This document shows positions 27,028 to 39,131 of a stretch of 52,971 nt of DNA, piece by piece. A program made the translations under genes and the position numbers. Each line of letters begins with the position of its first letter. Positions within the stretch are counted from its first letter, which is position 1. The stretch covers positions 1-52,971 of the forward strand of contig JBGPCK010000004.1 in NCBI GenBank assembly GCA_041481715.1, given 5' to 3'. This DNA comes from Thermoanaerobaculia bacterium. GTDB lineage: Bacteria > Acidobacteriota > Thermoanaerobaculia > UBA5066 > Gp7-AA6. Under the pieces are notes generated by a model, which did not search any database, was not told the DNA's origin, and saw only the letters and a list, made by a program, of their open reading frames with translations.

Positions 27028-28735
27028 AGGACCCGCTCGCGGCCTTTTTCTCGGCGGGCAGGACCGAGATGAAGAAGCTCTTCTGCACGTAGGAGGTGAC
27101 GTTCGTGACGCCGTCGCGCAGCGCCACGGCGAGCTTCTGGCCGCCCGGCACGCAGATCAGCGAGACGTCGTAGTAGAAATCCTTGCCCTGCGCCTTCTCG
27201 AAGTCCTTGGCCGGAACCTCGACCTTCTGGTGCTGGACGGCAAGGTCGGACTGCTTGTCGGACGCGTCGAGCACCACGAAGTAAACGCTGAAGCTCCCTT
27301 CGTAGCGGTCTCCGGAAGGCACCAGACCGAGCTTGCCGATCGGCACCGCAATCCGGACGGGCATCAGGTAGTAATCCCGGTCGTAAGGCTTCGCCTGTCC
27401 CGTCGCGACGCTGATGCCGAGCGGATTGTCGTTGCGCGCGTAGTGAAGGCTGGCCAGCACAGACTCGGACGTGCGCGTCTCGACCGACTTCTCGAGCAGG
27501 CCGTGCCGGGCGCGCGCCTTCAGCCCCTTGCGCTTGACGATCACCTCGATCGCGTGGGGCTTGTCCACCGTCGCCTTGGTCGAGCGGTAGCCGAGCGAGT
27601 AGAAGTTCGTGAAGTCGCTCGCGAGGTCGTCGAGGCTCGACTTCCAGTCGTTGGTATTGATCGCGGCGAGCCCCCCCGTTTCCTCCGCCATCATCTGCAG
27701 CGGCGCCTGCGTGTTCGTGCGCAGGAAGAAATTGGAGGGCCTCGTTTCCATCGTGCGGTTCTCCGCGGTCATCATGTCGTCCACGGTCAGGCCCGACGCG
27801 TCGAGCGCCCAGATCGTGACTCCCTGCGCGTTGGCAGCCTGGACGATTCCGGTGTAGCGGGAGTTCATGTCGAACTCGAACTGCTCGAGGGTATTGGCGT
27901 TCTCCTGAAACTTGCGCTGGATCGTGTCGTAGAGCTCGAGCCCGACGGTCGCCGGCAAGCCTTCCGAGACGTACACGAGCACCTTGCGCCCGGTGACGCC
28001 CGCCAGGCCGTTCAACGTCGTCTTGATGCCGTCGACCGTGAACTCGAGGTCGTTGCGGTAGGACTGCGCGTACTGGCGCGCGATCTGGTCGGCCTGGGAG
28101 GCGGACTGGGCGTCGTTGATCCGCTCCAACGCGTCTTTGCGTTCTCCCACCTGCGTGGTTGCACCCCCCGTCTCCCCTTCGATCTCCTCGAGGACCTGCA
28201 AGATCTCGGACGGATCGGAAGTGAACTTTCGGCGGACCTTCAGCGAACGGTTGAAACTCACGACCATCGCTTCGGCCTGCTTGCCGACGGTCTGCTCCAC
28301 GAACTCTTTCAGGCGTTTGAACATCCGGTTTCGGTTCTGCGGCTGGATGTTCAGGTTGTCGATGTAGAGGACGTAGCGTGCCTTGAGCTCCTCGGGCACC
28401 TCCGCAGCGACCTTCGGCTCTTCGATGGAGATGGTCTTGCCGTCCTCGAGCAGCACCCTGCCTCCCGCCACCGCATAGAAGTTCGTAACCGTCTGCGGGA
28501 TGCGGTCCTGAAGGATCTGAAAGTCCTCCTTGGTCAGGCCGGGTACGCGCTTGCCCTTCGAGTCGGTCACCACGACCTCGATGTTGGTGATCGAAACCTC
28601 GACACTCTCGCTGACAGGAGGAAGACCCTGGGGCGGAGCGGCGGCAGGCGGCTTCTGAGGTGCTGCCGGCTTGTCCTGCGCCCGGCCGGGCGCCACGGCG
28701 GCCAAAGCGAGCACCACGGCGAGCAATCTCTTCAA
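27026..28735 (-). CDS. VWA-domain protein (acidobacterial VWFA-like), secreted
   Basis: TTG after AGGAGG; signal peptide; VVVTDSKGKRVPGLTKEDF, GRKVLVYVSEG, MAEETGG, YSLGY. Confidence 0.88.
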   Translation of the reverse strand: MKRLLAVVLALAAVAPGRAQDKPAAPQKPPAAAPPQGLPPVSESVEVSITNIEVVVTDSKGKRVPGLTKEDFQILQDRIPQTVTNFYAVAGGRVLLEDGKTISIEEPKVAAEVPEELKARYVLYIDNLNIQPQNRNRMFKRLKEFVEQTVGKQAEAMVVSFNRSLKVRRKFTSDPSEILQVLEEIEGETGGATTQVGERKDALERINDAQSASQADQIARQYAQSYRNDLEFTVDGIKTTLNGLAGVTGRKVLVYVSEGLPATVGLELYDTIQRKFQENANTLEQFEFDMNSRYTGIVQAANAQGVTIWALDASGLTVDDMMTAENRTMETRPSNFFLRTNTQAPLQMMAEETGGLAAINTNDWKSSLDDLASDFTNFYSLGYRSTKATVDKPHAIEVIVKRKGLKARARHGLLEKSVETRTSESVLASLHYARNDNPLGISVATGQAKPYDRDYYLMPVRIAVPIGKLGLVPSGDRYEGSFSVYFVVLDASDKQSDLAVQHQKVEVPAKDFEKAQGKDFYYDVSLICVPGGQKLAVALRDGVTNVTSYVQKSFFISVLPAEKKAASGS

Positions 28736-28918
28736 ATCGGGCTCCTCCTGTGTGGACCGGAAGCGCCCGCCGGAGGCCGAAAATTCCCTCTCCGGGCTCC
28801 GGGCGAGCGGGCCCCAAAAACCTTGTTGCTTTGTCCCGGGGAATTCAACAGAATTCGGCCTTTCCGGGCAGGGCTCGCCGCGCCCGGGTGGAAGCGAAAG
28901 AGCAAGGAGCGGTTCAGA

Positions 28919-29770
28919 ATGCCTCGAAAAGGGCAGCGCTCGGTCGCAATCTTGTCCCTGGCCATGGTCTTGCTGGGAGCCGGGGCATGCGACAAGATCA
29001 AGGCGAAGCAGGCCATCAAGAAGGGCAACGAGTTCTTCAAGGCTCAAAAGTACGAGACCGCGCTCGCCAGCTACCAGGAGGCGCAGCGGCTCGATCCGGA
29101 CGAGGTGAAGATCAAGAAGAACATCGGCCTGGCTTACATGGGCCTGTACCAGCCCGGCTCCAAGCACGCCAAAGACATCGAGTACGCAGGCAAGGCGATC
29201 GAGAACCTGAAGACCTACGTGCAGCACTACCCGGACGACCGGAAAGCCCAGGAGTTCCTGGTTTCAATGTACCTGGCGACGGACTCCTACGACGACGCCA
29301 TCGCCTTCTACCAGCTGATGTTGAAGACCAACCCCAAGGACTCCAAGGCGATCGGCTCGATCGCCTCGATGTATTTCAAGAAGGGGGACTTCGACAAGGG
29401 AATGGAGTGGCAGAAGAAGATGGCCGAGCTGGAGGGCAACAATCCCGACCCATACGTGATGATCGGCGTACAGGCCTGGGACCGCTCCTACCACTATCCG
29501 GACCTCGACCCGGCGACGCGCACACACATCGTCGACGAAGGGATGAATGCGCTCCAGAAGGCCCTCGAGCTCAAGCCGGACTCCTTCGAGGCCGTGACCT
29601 ACGTCAACCTGCTTTGGCGCGAGAAGGCCAAGATGGAAACGGACCCGAAGAAGGCCCAGGAGTACACGGACAACGCCAACAAGTTCCTGGCCCAGGCGCT
29701 CGAGCTCCGCAAGAAGCAGCAGGAATCCTCCAAGTCCGCCACCACGCCGTCGGCGGAACCGGGGAAGTAG
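28919..29770 (+). CDS. TPR-repeat lipoprotein
   Basis: ATG 28919; lipobox-like GAGAC; TPR patterns (KGNEFFKAQKYETALASYQEA). Confidence 0.87.
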   Translation: MPRKGQRSVAILSLAMVLLGAGACDKIKAKQAIKKGNEFFKAQKYETALASYQEAQRLDPDEVKIKKNIGLAYMGLYQPGSKHAKDIEYAGKAIENLKTYVQHYPDDRKAQEFLVSMYLATDSYDDAIAFYQLMLKTNPKDSKAIGSIASMYFKKGDFDKGMEWQKKMAELEGNNPDPYVMIGVQAWDRSYHYPDLDPATRTHIVDEGMNALQKALELKPDSFEAVTYVNLLWREKAKMETDPKKAQEYTDNANKFLAQALELRKKQQESSKSATTPSAEPGK

Positions 29771-29803
29771 GTCCGGTGTCTGGAAGGGTCGGGAGGGCAG
29801 TCC

Positions 29804-30532
29804 ATGTTTGAGAACAGCCTGATCGAGTCGGGCCATCGAAAGGGTGATCACCGGAAGGCCTTGACGCTTCCCGTCTCGATCGCGGTCCACGCGATCGTAA
29901 TCGGCGCCGCCCTGGGCGCTTCGATCTGGTTCGTCGAAGACGTGCCGGAGCCGCCGATCCCGGTGACCTTCTACGCGTCCGCTCCCCCGCCGCCGCCGCC
30001 GCCGCCGGCCGCCCCCAAGGCCGCGCCGCAGCCAAAACAAGCCGAGAAGATCGTCCCCGTCAAGCCGTCGGAGATGACGGCTCCCACCGTGATTCCCGAG
30101 AAGATTCCGGAAGCCCTCTCCGCGCCGGAACCGGAGGCCCCCTCCGGGGCCGAGGGCGGCGTCGAGGGAGGCGTGGAAGGCGGCGTTCCGGGAGGCGTTC
30201 TCGGGGGTGTCGTGGGCGGTACCGGGCCCGGCACGGGCGACGAGCCCCTGCGGGTCGGCGGGGACGTGAAGGCCCCGGTGCTCCTTCAGAAGATCGAGCC
30301 GAGCTACCCCGAGGCGGCCCGCAAGGCCCGGATGGAAGGGGTCGTCATCCTGGAGGCCATCATCACGGCCGATGGCAGCGTTCAGGACGTCAAGGTCTTG
30401 AAGTCCGTCAACCCGCTGCTCGACGCCTCGGCGGTTCGAGCCGTCCAGCAGTGGAAATACAAGCCCGCCACGCTCAATGGGCGCGCCGTGCGCGTCTACC
30501 TGACCGTGACGGTGACCTTCAATCTGCACTAG
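29804..30532 (+). CDS. tonB: Energy transducer TonB
   Basis: TM with SxxxH (SIAVH), poly-Pro, GGVxGGV repeats, C-terminal PSYPEAAR...QWKYKPA. Confidence 0.92.
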   Translation: MFENSLIESGHRKGDHRKALTLPVSIAVHAIVIGAALGASIWFVEDVPEPPIPVTFYASAPPPPPPPPAAPKAAPQPKQAEKIVPVKPSEMTAPTVIPEKIPEALSAPEPEAPSGAEGGVEGGVEGGVPGGVLGGVVGGTGPGTGDEPLRVGGDVKAPVLLQKIEPSYPEAARKARMEGVVILEAIITADGSVQDVKVLKSVNPLLDASAVRAVQQWKYKPATLNGRAVRVYLTVTVTFNLH

Positions 30533-30584
30533 GATTGGCCTTGGGGAGCTCGACCGACCGAACTTTGACGAGAAGGAGCGCTTC

Positions 30585-31277
30585 ATGAGTTTCGATCCCA
30601 TTGAGCTGTTTCACAGCATGACGATCCTGGCCAAGTTGGTGGCCGCCCTGTTGGCCATCATGTCCATCTACTCGCTGACGATCGCCGCGGAGCGCTTCCT
30701 GTACTACCAGAAGGCGAAGAAGCAGTCGGTCGATTTTGCCCGGCTCGTCACGGGCTACCTCAAGCAGGACAAGCTCCAGGAAGCGATCGACTCATCCAAG
30801 AAGTTCAAGCAGAGCCATCTGGCTCGCGTGCTCGCGGCCGGGCTCTACGAGTTCCAGCACGACATCGCCAGCGGCACGGCGGACACGCCCGGGCACGACC
30901 CGATCGAGGCGGCCGAGAGGGCGCTCGAGCGTGAAGCGCTCATCACGACCGCGGACATGAAGAAGGGGCTTTCGGGCCTGGCCACGATCGGTACGACCGC
31001 GCCCTTCATCGGTCTCTTCGGGACGGTCATCGGGATCATCAATGCTTTCCGCGGCATGGCCATGACCGGCTCCGGAGGCATCGCGGCGGTTTCGACCGGT
31101 ATCGCCGAAGCCCTGATCACCACAGCCCTGGGCCTGTTCGTGGCGATTCCGGCGGTCTGGCTCTTCAACATCTTCATGAACAAGATCGAGCGATTCCAGG
31201 TCGAAATGTCCAACGGTGCGTCCGAGCTCATCGACTACTTCATCAAGCGCCGCGGCGCCGCCGCCAAGGCGTCCTAA
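30585..31277 (+). CDS. exbB: MotA/TolQ/ExbB proton channel protein
   Basis: LATIGTTAPFIGLFGTVIGI, GIAEALITTALGLFVAIPA. Confidence 0.92.
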   Translation: MSFDPIELFHSMTILAKLVAALLAIMSIYSLTIAAERFLYYQKAKKQSVDFARLVTGYLKQDKLQEAIDSSKKFKQSHLARVLAAGLYEFQHDIASGTADTPGHDPIEAAERALEREALITTADMKKGLSGLATIGTTAPFIGLFGTVIGIINAFRGMAMTGSGGIAAVSTGIAEALITTALGLFVAIPAVWLFNIFMNKIERFQVEMSNGASELIDYFIKRRGAAAKAS

Positions 31278-31295
31278 GAACCGGGAGGGTCCCTC

Positions 31296-31733
31296 ATGGG
31301 CATGGGTGGCGGCGGGGCGCGCGACAAGCTGCAAAGCGATATCAACGTCACACCTCTGGTGGACGTCTGTCTCGTCCTTCTCATCATTTTCATGGTCGTC
31401 ACGCCGATGCTCCAGAAGGGCGTCGATGTGCAGCTGCCTGTCACCGACAATCCGGACAAGAAGCCGGAGAACGCAAATCAAACTCTCATCTCGATCAAGT
31501 GGGCGACACCGCCGATCTACTTTTTCGGCAAGGACACCCTCTCCAAGCAGGATTTCCAGAAGCAACTCGACGAGCTCTACCAGCGAAAACCCAATGCCGA
31601 GCTCGTGATCAAGGCGGACCAGCGGCTCAAGTACGGAGACGTGAAGGAAGTCATGAAAATGACCAAGGACGCGGGCTTCCAGAACGTCGGCCTGATCGCG
31701 GACAAGAAGGTCGTCGCCCCCTCGGCGAAGTAG
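31296..31733 (+). CDS. exbD: ExbD/TolR biopolymer transporter
   Basis: DINVTPLVDVCLVLLIIFMV; IKADQRLKYG. Confidence 0.92.
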   Translation: MGMGGGGARDKLQSDINVTPLVDVCLVLLIIFMVVTPMLQKGVDVQLPVTDNPDKKPENANQTLISIKWATPPIYFFGKDTLSKQDFQKQLDELYQRKPNAELVIKADQRLKYGDVKEVMKMTKDAGFQNVGLIADKKVVAPSAK

Positions 31734-31756
31734 CCCGAACAGGAGGATACGTCTCC

Positions 31757-32173
31757 ATGGCCATGTCCCCCGGAGGGAGCGGCGACTACAAGAGCGACAT
31801 CAACATCACGCCGCTCGTGGACGTGGTGTTGGTGCTCCTGATCATCTTCATGGTCATCACTCCCCTGCTCCAGATGGGGTACGACGTCAAGGTGCCTCCG
31901 AAGTCGACGAACCCGAACCCGACGATCGACCCGGACCAGCTGATCGTCTCGCTGGCCGCCGGCAACAAGCTCTTCCTGAACAAACAGGAGCTGACGGCGC
32001 CCCAGCTCTCCACACAGCTCTCCTCGATCCTCAAGAACCGCCGAGACAAGACCGTGTTCTTCTCCGGCGACGACGCCGCCGCCTATGGCGAGGTTGCCAG
32101 GATCATGGACCTCTGTCGCAGCGCCGGCGCGACCAACATCGGCATCGTTCTGGAGACCGTTCCGGTCCAATAA
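31757..32173 (+). CDS. exbD: Second ExbD/TolR protein
   Basis: ATG 31757 after AGGAGG; DINITPLVDVVLVLLIIFMV. Confidence 0.92.
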   Translation: MAMSPGGSGDYKSDINITPLVDVVLVLLIIFMVITPLLQMGYDVKVPPKSTNPNPTIDPDQLIVSLAAGNKLFLNKQELTAPQLSTQLSSILKNRRDKTVFFSGDDAAAYGEVARIMDLCRSAGATNIGIVLETVPVQ

Positions 32174-32271
32174 CTCGGAAACGCCAAACGCGGCGACCAC
32201 CGGCCGCCGTTTGATATTCTTCCCCGCCCGCGCGCGGCGCGGACCGAAGCCATAAAAACAGGAGTTTGTCG

Positions 32272-34428
<2,157 letters not shown>

Positions 34429-34513
34429 GCGGGTGATCTGAGCGGGTGCTCGGCGCTCGCCGCGCCCGAAAAGGCCGAGACCGTCTTCCTCTGACGTTCC
34501 GGGGCGCCCGGCC

Positions 34514-35185
34514 CTATCGCCGGGGCGGGCGGCCCGTCAAGATCATCTCCGAGGCGTCCTGGAATCGGACGTCCTGCGGAACGGAGAGCGTCCCGGCAGG
34601 GATCTTGCCCGGAATCTGAATGTCCGTATTTCGGTACTCGAGCTTCACGCTGTTGCGCTCGACGGTCGGCCGGCTCGGAAGAAATACTCTCTTCTCCACG
34701 ACGGCCCGGACGGGAAAGCCCTGCAGGTCCGTCGCGAGCCAGTAGCGTCCCTCGCCGTCGACCGGGCCTTCGAGCGCGTAGACGTCGCACGCGTGTCCAC
34801 CCACCGTCTCGCTGCCGAGTTTCTTCCCGCGGGATCGGATCTCCTCGATCCGGCGGACGTATTCGTGGGAAGGACGGCCGCCGCTCGCGGCCAATCCGGC
34901 GAGCAGCTTCAGCCCCGCCGACTGTCCCTCCGTCCAGATGTAGACCTCGTCATTGATCCGAAGGACATTGGTCTTCTCCGGCCCCTTCCCACGTTCCACG
35001 ATCCGCATGGCGCCGCCTTGAAGCCAGATCTCCGCCTCTTCCAAGGCCTCTCCCGGTCGGGCTCCCTCCGTGGTGACGGTCGTTTTCCAGTGAGCGGACG
35101 GCACGCCCTGGGGCGGCGCCACGGGCGTGGCGCCGACCACGAAGGCGAGCGCCGCAGCAGCAAGGGACGAGAATCTCGAATCCAT
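34514..35185 (-). CDS. Secreted hypothetical protein (LolA/DUF4412-like beta-rich)
   Basis: Signal-like FSSLAAAALAFVVG; KKLGSETVGGHACDVY...YWLATDLQGFPVR pattern; start uncertain (35185 or 35212). Confidence 0.65.
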   Translation of the reverse strand: MDSRFSSLAAAALAFVVGATPVAPPQGVPSAHWKTTVTTEGARPGEALEEAEIWLQGGAMRIVERGKGPEKTNVLRINDEVYIWTEGQSAGLKLLAGLAASGGRPSHEYVRRIEEIRSRGKKLGSETVGGHACDVYALEGPVDGEGRYWLATDLQGFPVRAVVEKRVFLPSRPTVERNSVKLEYRNTDIQIPGKIPAGTLSVPQDVRFQDASEMILTGRPPRR

Positions 35186-35244
35186 CCGGGTTCCTAAATC
35201 GCCGCGAGACATCCGGCATTCCCCATAGGAAGCGCCGGGCGACC

Positions 35245-36369
35245 TCACACGAAACGGCAGAGGATCTCGTTGGAGACCAGAAACCCGCGCTCCGTCAGAG
35301 CCAGGCGATCCCCCTCCTCCCGCAAGAGACCATGCTCCCGCCACGCGGCAGAGTCAGCCGCCAGATGCTCGTCGCCCCGGTCCGCAACCCAGGCCTCGAT
35401 CTGTGCGCGTGCGACGCCCCGGGAGAGGCGCAGCCCGAGAACGATCCGCTCGGCGGCCTCCTCCTCGGCCGCAACCGCGCGGTCGAGTGCGAGGGGACGC
35501 TCGCTGTTCGCGAGCCGCTCGGTGTAGGCCGCCAGAAGGGAAACGTTCGCGCGCCGCCTTCCGCGCCAGAACTCGTGCGCCGAGACGCCGAGGCCGATCG
35601 TGGGCGCTCGCTCCCAGTATTTCAGGTTGTGGCGCGCCTCATGGCCCGGGCGCGCCCAGTTGGAGATCTCGTAGTGCGCAAAGCCCCAGCCCTCGAGGGC
35701 CTCGCCCATTTCGAGCCAGAGCTCGGCCTGTTCGTCGTCGGACGGGTAGCGCCAGGGTCGCGCTCGGCGGTCCTCCTCGAGCGCTTTCGACTTCTCGGTC
35801 TCGAGCAGGTATACGGAGACGTGGTCGACGCCGGACTTCACGAGCGCGTCGACGCTGTGCCGAAAGCTCGAAGCCGTCTGCTCGGGAAGCCCCAGAATGA
35901 GGTCACCGGAGAGCGCGAGGCCGCGGCCCGACAGCGTCTCGAGGGCCTTTTCCGCGCGCGCGGCGTCGTGGCGGCGCCCGACGGCGGAAAGCTCCCGGTC
36001 CGCGAAGGACTGCACCCCGACGGAGACCCGAGTGATGCCGGCCGCGACCCACGCGTCGCAGCGTTCTCGGTTGACGTCCTCGGGATTGGCTTCGAGAGTC
36101 AATTCGCTTTCCCGGCCGACGTCGAAGCTTCTGCGAATGGTCTGGAGGAGACGGTCGATTTCCTCGCCCGGCAGGAGGGACGGCGTTCCCCCTCCAAGGT
36201 AGATCGAATCGAACCGGGCCCCCCGCGCCTCTTCCTCGACGAGGCCGATCTCGCGCGCGAGCGCAGTAAGGTAAGCCGCCCGCGAGGAGTCATCCGTCGA
36301 AACGACGAAGGCACAATAACCGCAGCGAGATGCGCAGTAGGGAAGGTGCACGTAGAGGCCCGCGTTCAT
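35245..36369 (-). CDS. hemW: Radical SAM heme chaperone HemW (HemN-like)
   Basis: LYVHLPYCASRCGYCAF, GGGTPS, EANP, YEISNW, HNLKYW. Confidence 0.92.
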   Translation of the reverse strand: MNAGLYVHLPYCASRCGYCAFVVSTDDSSRAAYLTALAREIGLVEEEARGARFDSIYLGGGTPSLLPGEEIDRLLQTIRRSFDVGRESELTLEANPEDVNRERCDAWVAAGITRVSVGVQSFADRELSAVGRRHDAARAEKALETLSGRGLALSGDLILGLPEQTASSFRHSVDALVKSGVDHVSVYLLETEKSKALEEDRRARPWRYPSDDEQAELWLEMGEALEGWGFAHYEISNWARPGHEARHNLKYWERAPTIGLGVSAHEFWRGRRRANVSLLAAYTERLANSERPLALDRAVAAEEEAAERIVLGLRLSRGVARAQIEAWVADRGDEHLAADSAAWREHGLLREEGDRLALTERGFLVSNEILCRFV

Positions 36370-37352
36370 GGCGACGGCGGGACCAGGGCCCGTTCGACCT
36401 CGGGAGCGATCTCCGGGTCAAAGGGAAAAATCTTGCGAAAGTTGCCCTCGGCGACGACGGGGCGCAGGTCCCGTCCCCGCTCGTCCAACCAGCGGACCGC
36501 CGCTCGAAGCAACGCCGCGCGGTGCTCGTTGGCGGGGTCGCCGTCGGCCAGCTCCTCCAACCGCGCGGCCGCGGCGGCATTGCCCGGCGGCTCGGCTTCG
36601 CCCCGTGGCCTCGGAGGCCGAACGGACAGCCCGCGGCGCGCGGCTCCCTCCTGCAGGCGGTCCAATGCCCGGGCCGCCTCGCCGCTCCAGTCGCCGTGGT
36701 GCACCCGATCAAAGAAGGCCTCCTCGCTCCCCGGCTCGGCGAGTCCACGGGCTGCGACAACGCGGCGCCGGGACTCCCCGTCTCCCTCCACGGCGATGCC
36801 CGCGATGAAGACAGCTCCGACGCGGGCGGCGCGCTCCAGGGCCCCGTCCAGGTACGCGTCCTGCGTCGTCCAACCCGGAATGACTGCCAACAGAAGCCCA
36901 GACGGCATTCGCACGGCGGCCGCTTGCAGTTTCCGCCACATGGGCTCGTCGGGGATTCCCGCAAAGAGCGCGACGAAGGGTTCCGAGGGCGCCTCGGGCA
37001 GAGCCGCCGTCTCCGGATCGAGCAGATAGACGGCTCGGCCAGCGCGGCACGCTCCTTCGGCGGCCGCGCGAGCGGCCCCCCGCACTTGCTCCGCGGGCGA
37101 GCCAGGGCCGACCAGGACGGGCCCGGCGGCCGTGCGGGCGATCGCCCGGCGCCACAGCTCGACGTCGGCGGGCCCGGTCTCGACGCGCCCCTCGGCCGGC
37201 CGGAGCACGATGGTGCGCCCGACGGGATCGAATCGGTAGGTCGGCGGACCGGCTTCCCCGCCGTAGGGGATCGCACGCGCAGCGATCCGCCGTCCCGCGA
37301 CCTCGACTTCCCCGCCTCGCACAACCGGGTCGCCCCGCTCGAAGATGATCAA
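36366..37352 (-). CDS. Hypothetical protein: degenerate SPL-like radical-SAM barrel plus C-terminal PolX-type HhH-like domain
   Basis: TTG overlaps ribE stop and its stop overlaps hemW ATG; PSGLLLAVIPGWT...ALERAARVGA and NAAAAARLEELA...RAALLRAAVRWL patterns; no CxxxCxxC. Confidence 0.7.
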   Translation of the reverse strand: MIIFERGDPVVRGGEVEVAGRRIAARAIPYGGEAGPPTYRFDPVGRTIVLRPAEGRVETGPADVELWRRAIARTAAGPVLVGPGSPAEQVRGAARAAAEGACRAGRAVYLLDPETAALPEAPSEPFVALFAGIPDEPMWRKLQAAAVRMPSGLLLAVIPGWTTQDAYLDGALERAARVGAVFIAGIAVEGDGESRRRVVAARGLAEPGSEEAFFDRVHHGDWSGEAARALDRLQEGAARRGLSVRPPRPRGEAEPPGNAAAAARLEELADGDPANEHRAALLRAAVRWLDERGRDLRPVVAEGNFRKIFPFDPEIAPEVERALVPPSP

Positions 37353-37960
37353 CGGCGAGACTCCTCGCGGCGCACGCGGGAAAGGGCCCCGGCCCGCCCG
37401 TAACGGGCGAAGACGTCCGCCTCGAAATTGATCATCGCCCCGGGTCGCCGCAGCGCCAAAGTCGTCTTGCGCCGTGTCAGCGGAATCACCGCAACGTCGA
37501 AGAACCGTCCGCGGCGGGCCGCGACGGTCAGGCTGATTCCATCGAGCGCCACCGATCCTCTCTCGACGACGTACCGTGCCAGCCCCGGGGGGATCGCGAA
37601 ACGGTAGGTCCAGGAGCGGCCCCTCTCCTCGATCGCCTGAAGTCGCGTGACCGCATCCACATGGCCGAGGACGAAGTGTCCCGAAAGGCGGTTTCCCCAT
37701 CTCAGAGCGCGCTCGAGATTGACGCAGTCGCCCCGTTGGAGGCGCCCCAGGGTGGTCCGGGAGAGACTCTCCGCCGACAGGTCGGCCGAAAACCCCGCGC
37801 CCGCGGCAATCGCCGTCAGGCAGACTCCGGACACGCTGACGCTCTCGCCCCGCGCAAAAGGCTTCTCTCCGCGCGGAGGCTCGATGGTTAGCCGCGCCCC
37901 GCCCCGCCGTTTCGCGAGCGAGACGACGCGACCCACCCCCGTCACGATGCCGGTGAACAT
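37349..37960 (-). CDS. ribE: Riboflavin synthase (alpha chain)
   Basis: MFTGIV, GVCLT, VNLERAL, GHFVLGHVD, DGISLTV. Confidence 0.96.
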   Translation of the reverse strand: MFTGIVTGVGRVVSLAKRRGGARLTIEPPRGEKPFARGESVSVSGVCLTAIAAGAGFSADLSAESLSRTTLGRLQRGDCVNLERALRWGNRLSGHFVLGHVDAVTRLQAIEERGRSWTYRFAIPPGLARYVVERGSVALDGISLTVAARRGRFFDVAVIPLTRRKTTLALRRPGAMINFEADVFARYGRAGALSRVRREESRR

Positions 37961-38012
37961 GAGGAACGAAGTCTATCGTCGAGGGTCGACGACGCGCAGT
38001 CGACGAGACAGC

Positions 38013-39131
38013 TTAAGAGCGACGCCGGACGACGCGGCCCGTCATGAGGAGGTCCCGCCCGAGCCTCTCGATTTCGACATCCTCGAGCCACGGGGAGCCT
38101 GCCAGCCGGAAACCCTCCCCCCCGACCGCGCCGGGTGCCCCGGCGCCCCCGAGGACGCGCGGCGCGAGGAACGCGCAGACGCGGTCGACGGCGCCGGCCG
38201 AAAGGAAGCTCCAGTGCGTCTGCCCGCCCCCCTCGACCATCAGGCTGGTGACGCCTCGCCGCGCCAGAAGCACGAGCAGCTCCGGGATCGACACCCTTCC
38301 GTGCGAATCTCCGGGGAGGCTCCAAACCTCGGCCCCGCGGGCCGCCAGACGTCTCGCCTTCGGGTGACTGGCCTTGCGCGAGGTCACGATCAGGACTCCC
38401 TCGGGGTCGCCGAGCACGCGGGCGCGATCGGAGAGACGCAGCCGTCCGTCGAGCACGATTCGCCAATGTGTTCCCGCGCGATTCTTGCTCAGGCGGCGGG
38501 TCAGCAGCGGGTCGTCCGCGCGAACCGTTCCTGCGCCCACGAGCACCGCGTCGTATTCCTCTCGCAGCAGCAGCGCCCGGCGACGGGCCGGCTCCCCCGT
38601 GATCCACCGGCTCTTCCCGGTCGCGGCGGCGATCCTTCCGTCGAGCGTCGAGGCCCACTTGGCGAGGACGAACGGCCGTCCGAGAGAGACCGTGGTGAGA
38701 AACTTTTCGTTCTGTCGCGCGGCGGACCGTGCCCTTTCCGCATCGGCCCGGCGCACCACGATCCCGGATCGGCGGAGCGCCGCCATCCCGCCTCCCGCGA
38801 CGAGCGGGTTGGGGTCCGCCAGGGCCACTACCACTCGAGTGATCCCGGCCTCCCGGATCGCCAGCGTGCAAGGCGGGGTTCGACCGAAGTGGTTGCACGG
38901 CTCGAGCGTCACGTACAGATCGGCTCCAAGCGCCCGGCGTCCGGCCTGCCGTAATGCCAGGACCTCCGCGTGCGCGCCCCCCGCCCGATGGTGATAGCCC
39001 TCTCCGACCACACGGCCTCCCCGGACGACGACCGCGCCGACCATCGGATTTGGAGAAACGCCGTAGCGGCCCCGCTCGGCGAGCTCCTGGGCCCGGTCGA
39101 GGTGGCGCAGGTCGAGAGGGGGGCCCGTCAT
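38013..39131 (-). CDS. ribD: Riboflavin biosynthesis deaminase/reductase RibD
   Basis: PNPMVG, HAE, TLEPCNHFGRTPPC, SRWIT, VEGG. Confidence 0.97.
   Translation of the reverse strand: MTGPPLDLRHLDRAQELAERGRYGVSPNPMVGAVVVRGGRVVGEGYHHRAGGAHAEVLALRQAGRRALGADLYVTLEPCNHFGRTPPCTLAIREAGITRVVVALADPNPLVAGGGMAALRRSGIVVRRADAERARSAARQNEKFLTTVSLGRPFVLAKWASTLDGRIAAATGKSRWITGEPARRRALLLREEYDAVLVGAGTVRADDPLLTRRLSKNRAGTHWRIVLDGRLRLSDRARVLGDPEGVLIVTSRKASHPKARRLAARGAEVWSLPGDSHGRVSIPELLVLLARRGVTSLMVEGGGQTHWSFLSAGAVDRVCAFLAPRVLGGAGAPGAVGGEGFRLAGSPWLEDVEIERLGRDLLMTGRVVRRRS

Noticed and set aside
26852-28918. N-terminal two-thirds of the 972-aa plus-strand ORF
   Set aside because: Antisense shadow of the VWA gene; the real TPR lipoprotein starts at ATG 28919.
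29980-30220. CCG runs and GGCGTC-type repeats
   Set aside because: They encode the normal poly-Pro and GGVxGGV linker of TonB, not an independent repeat or CRISPR.
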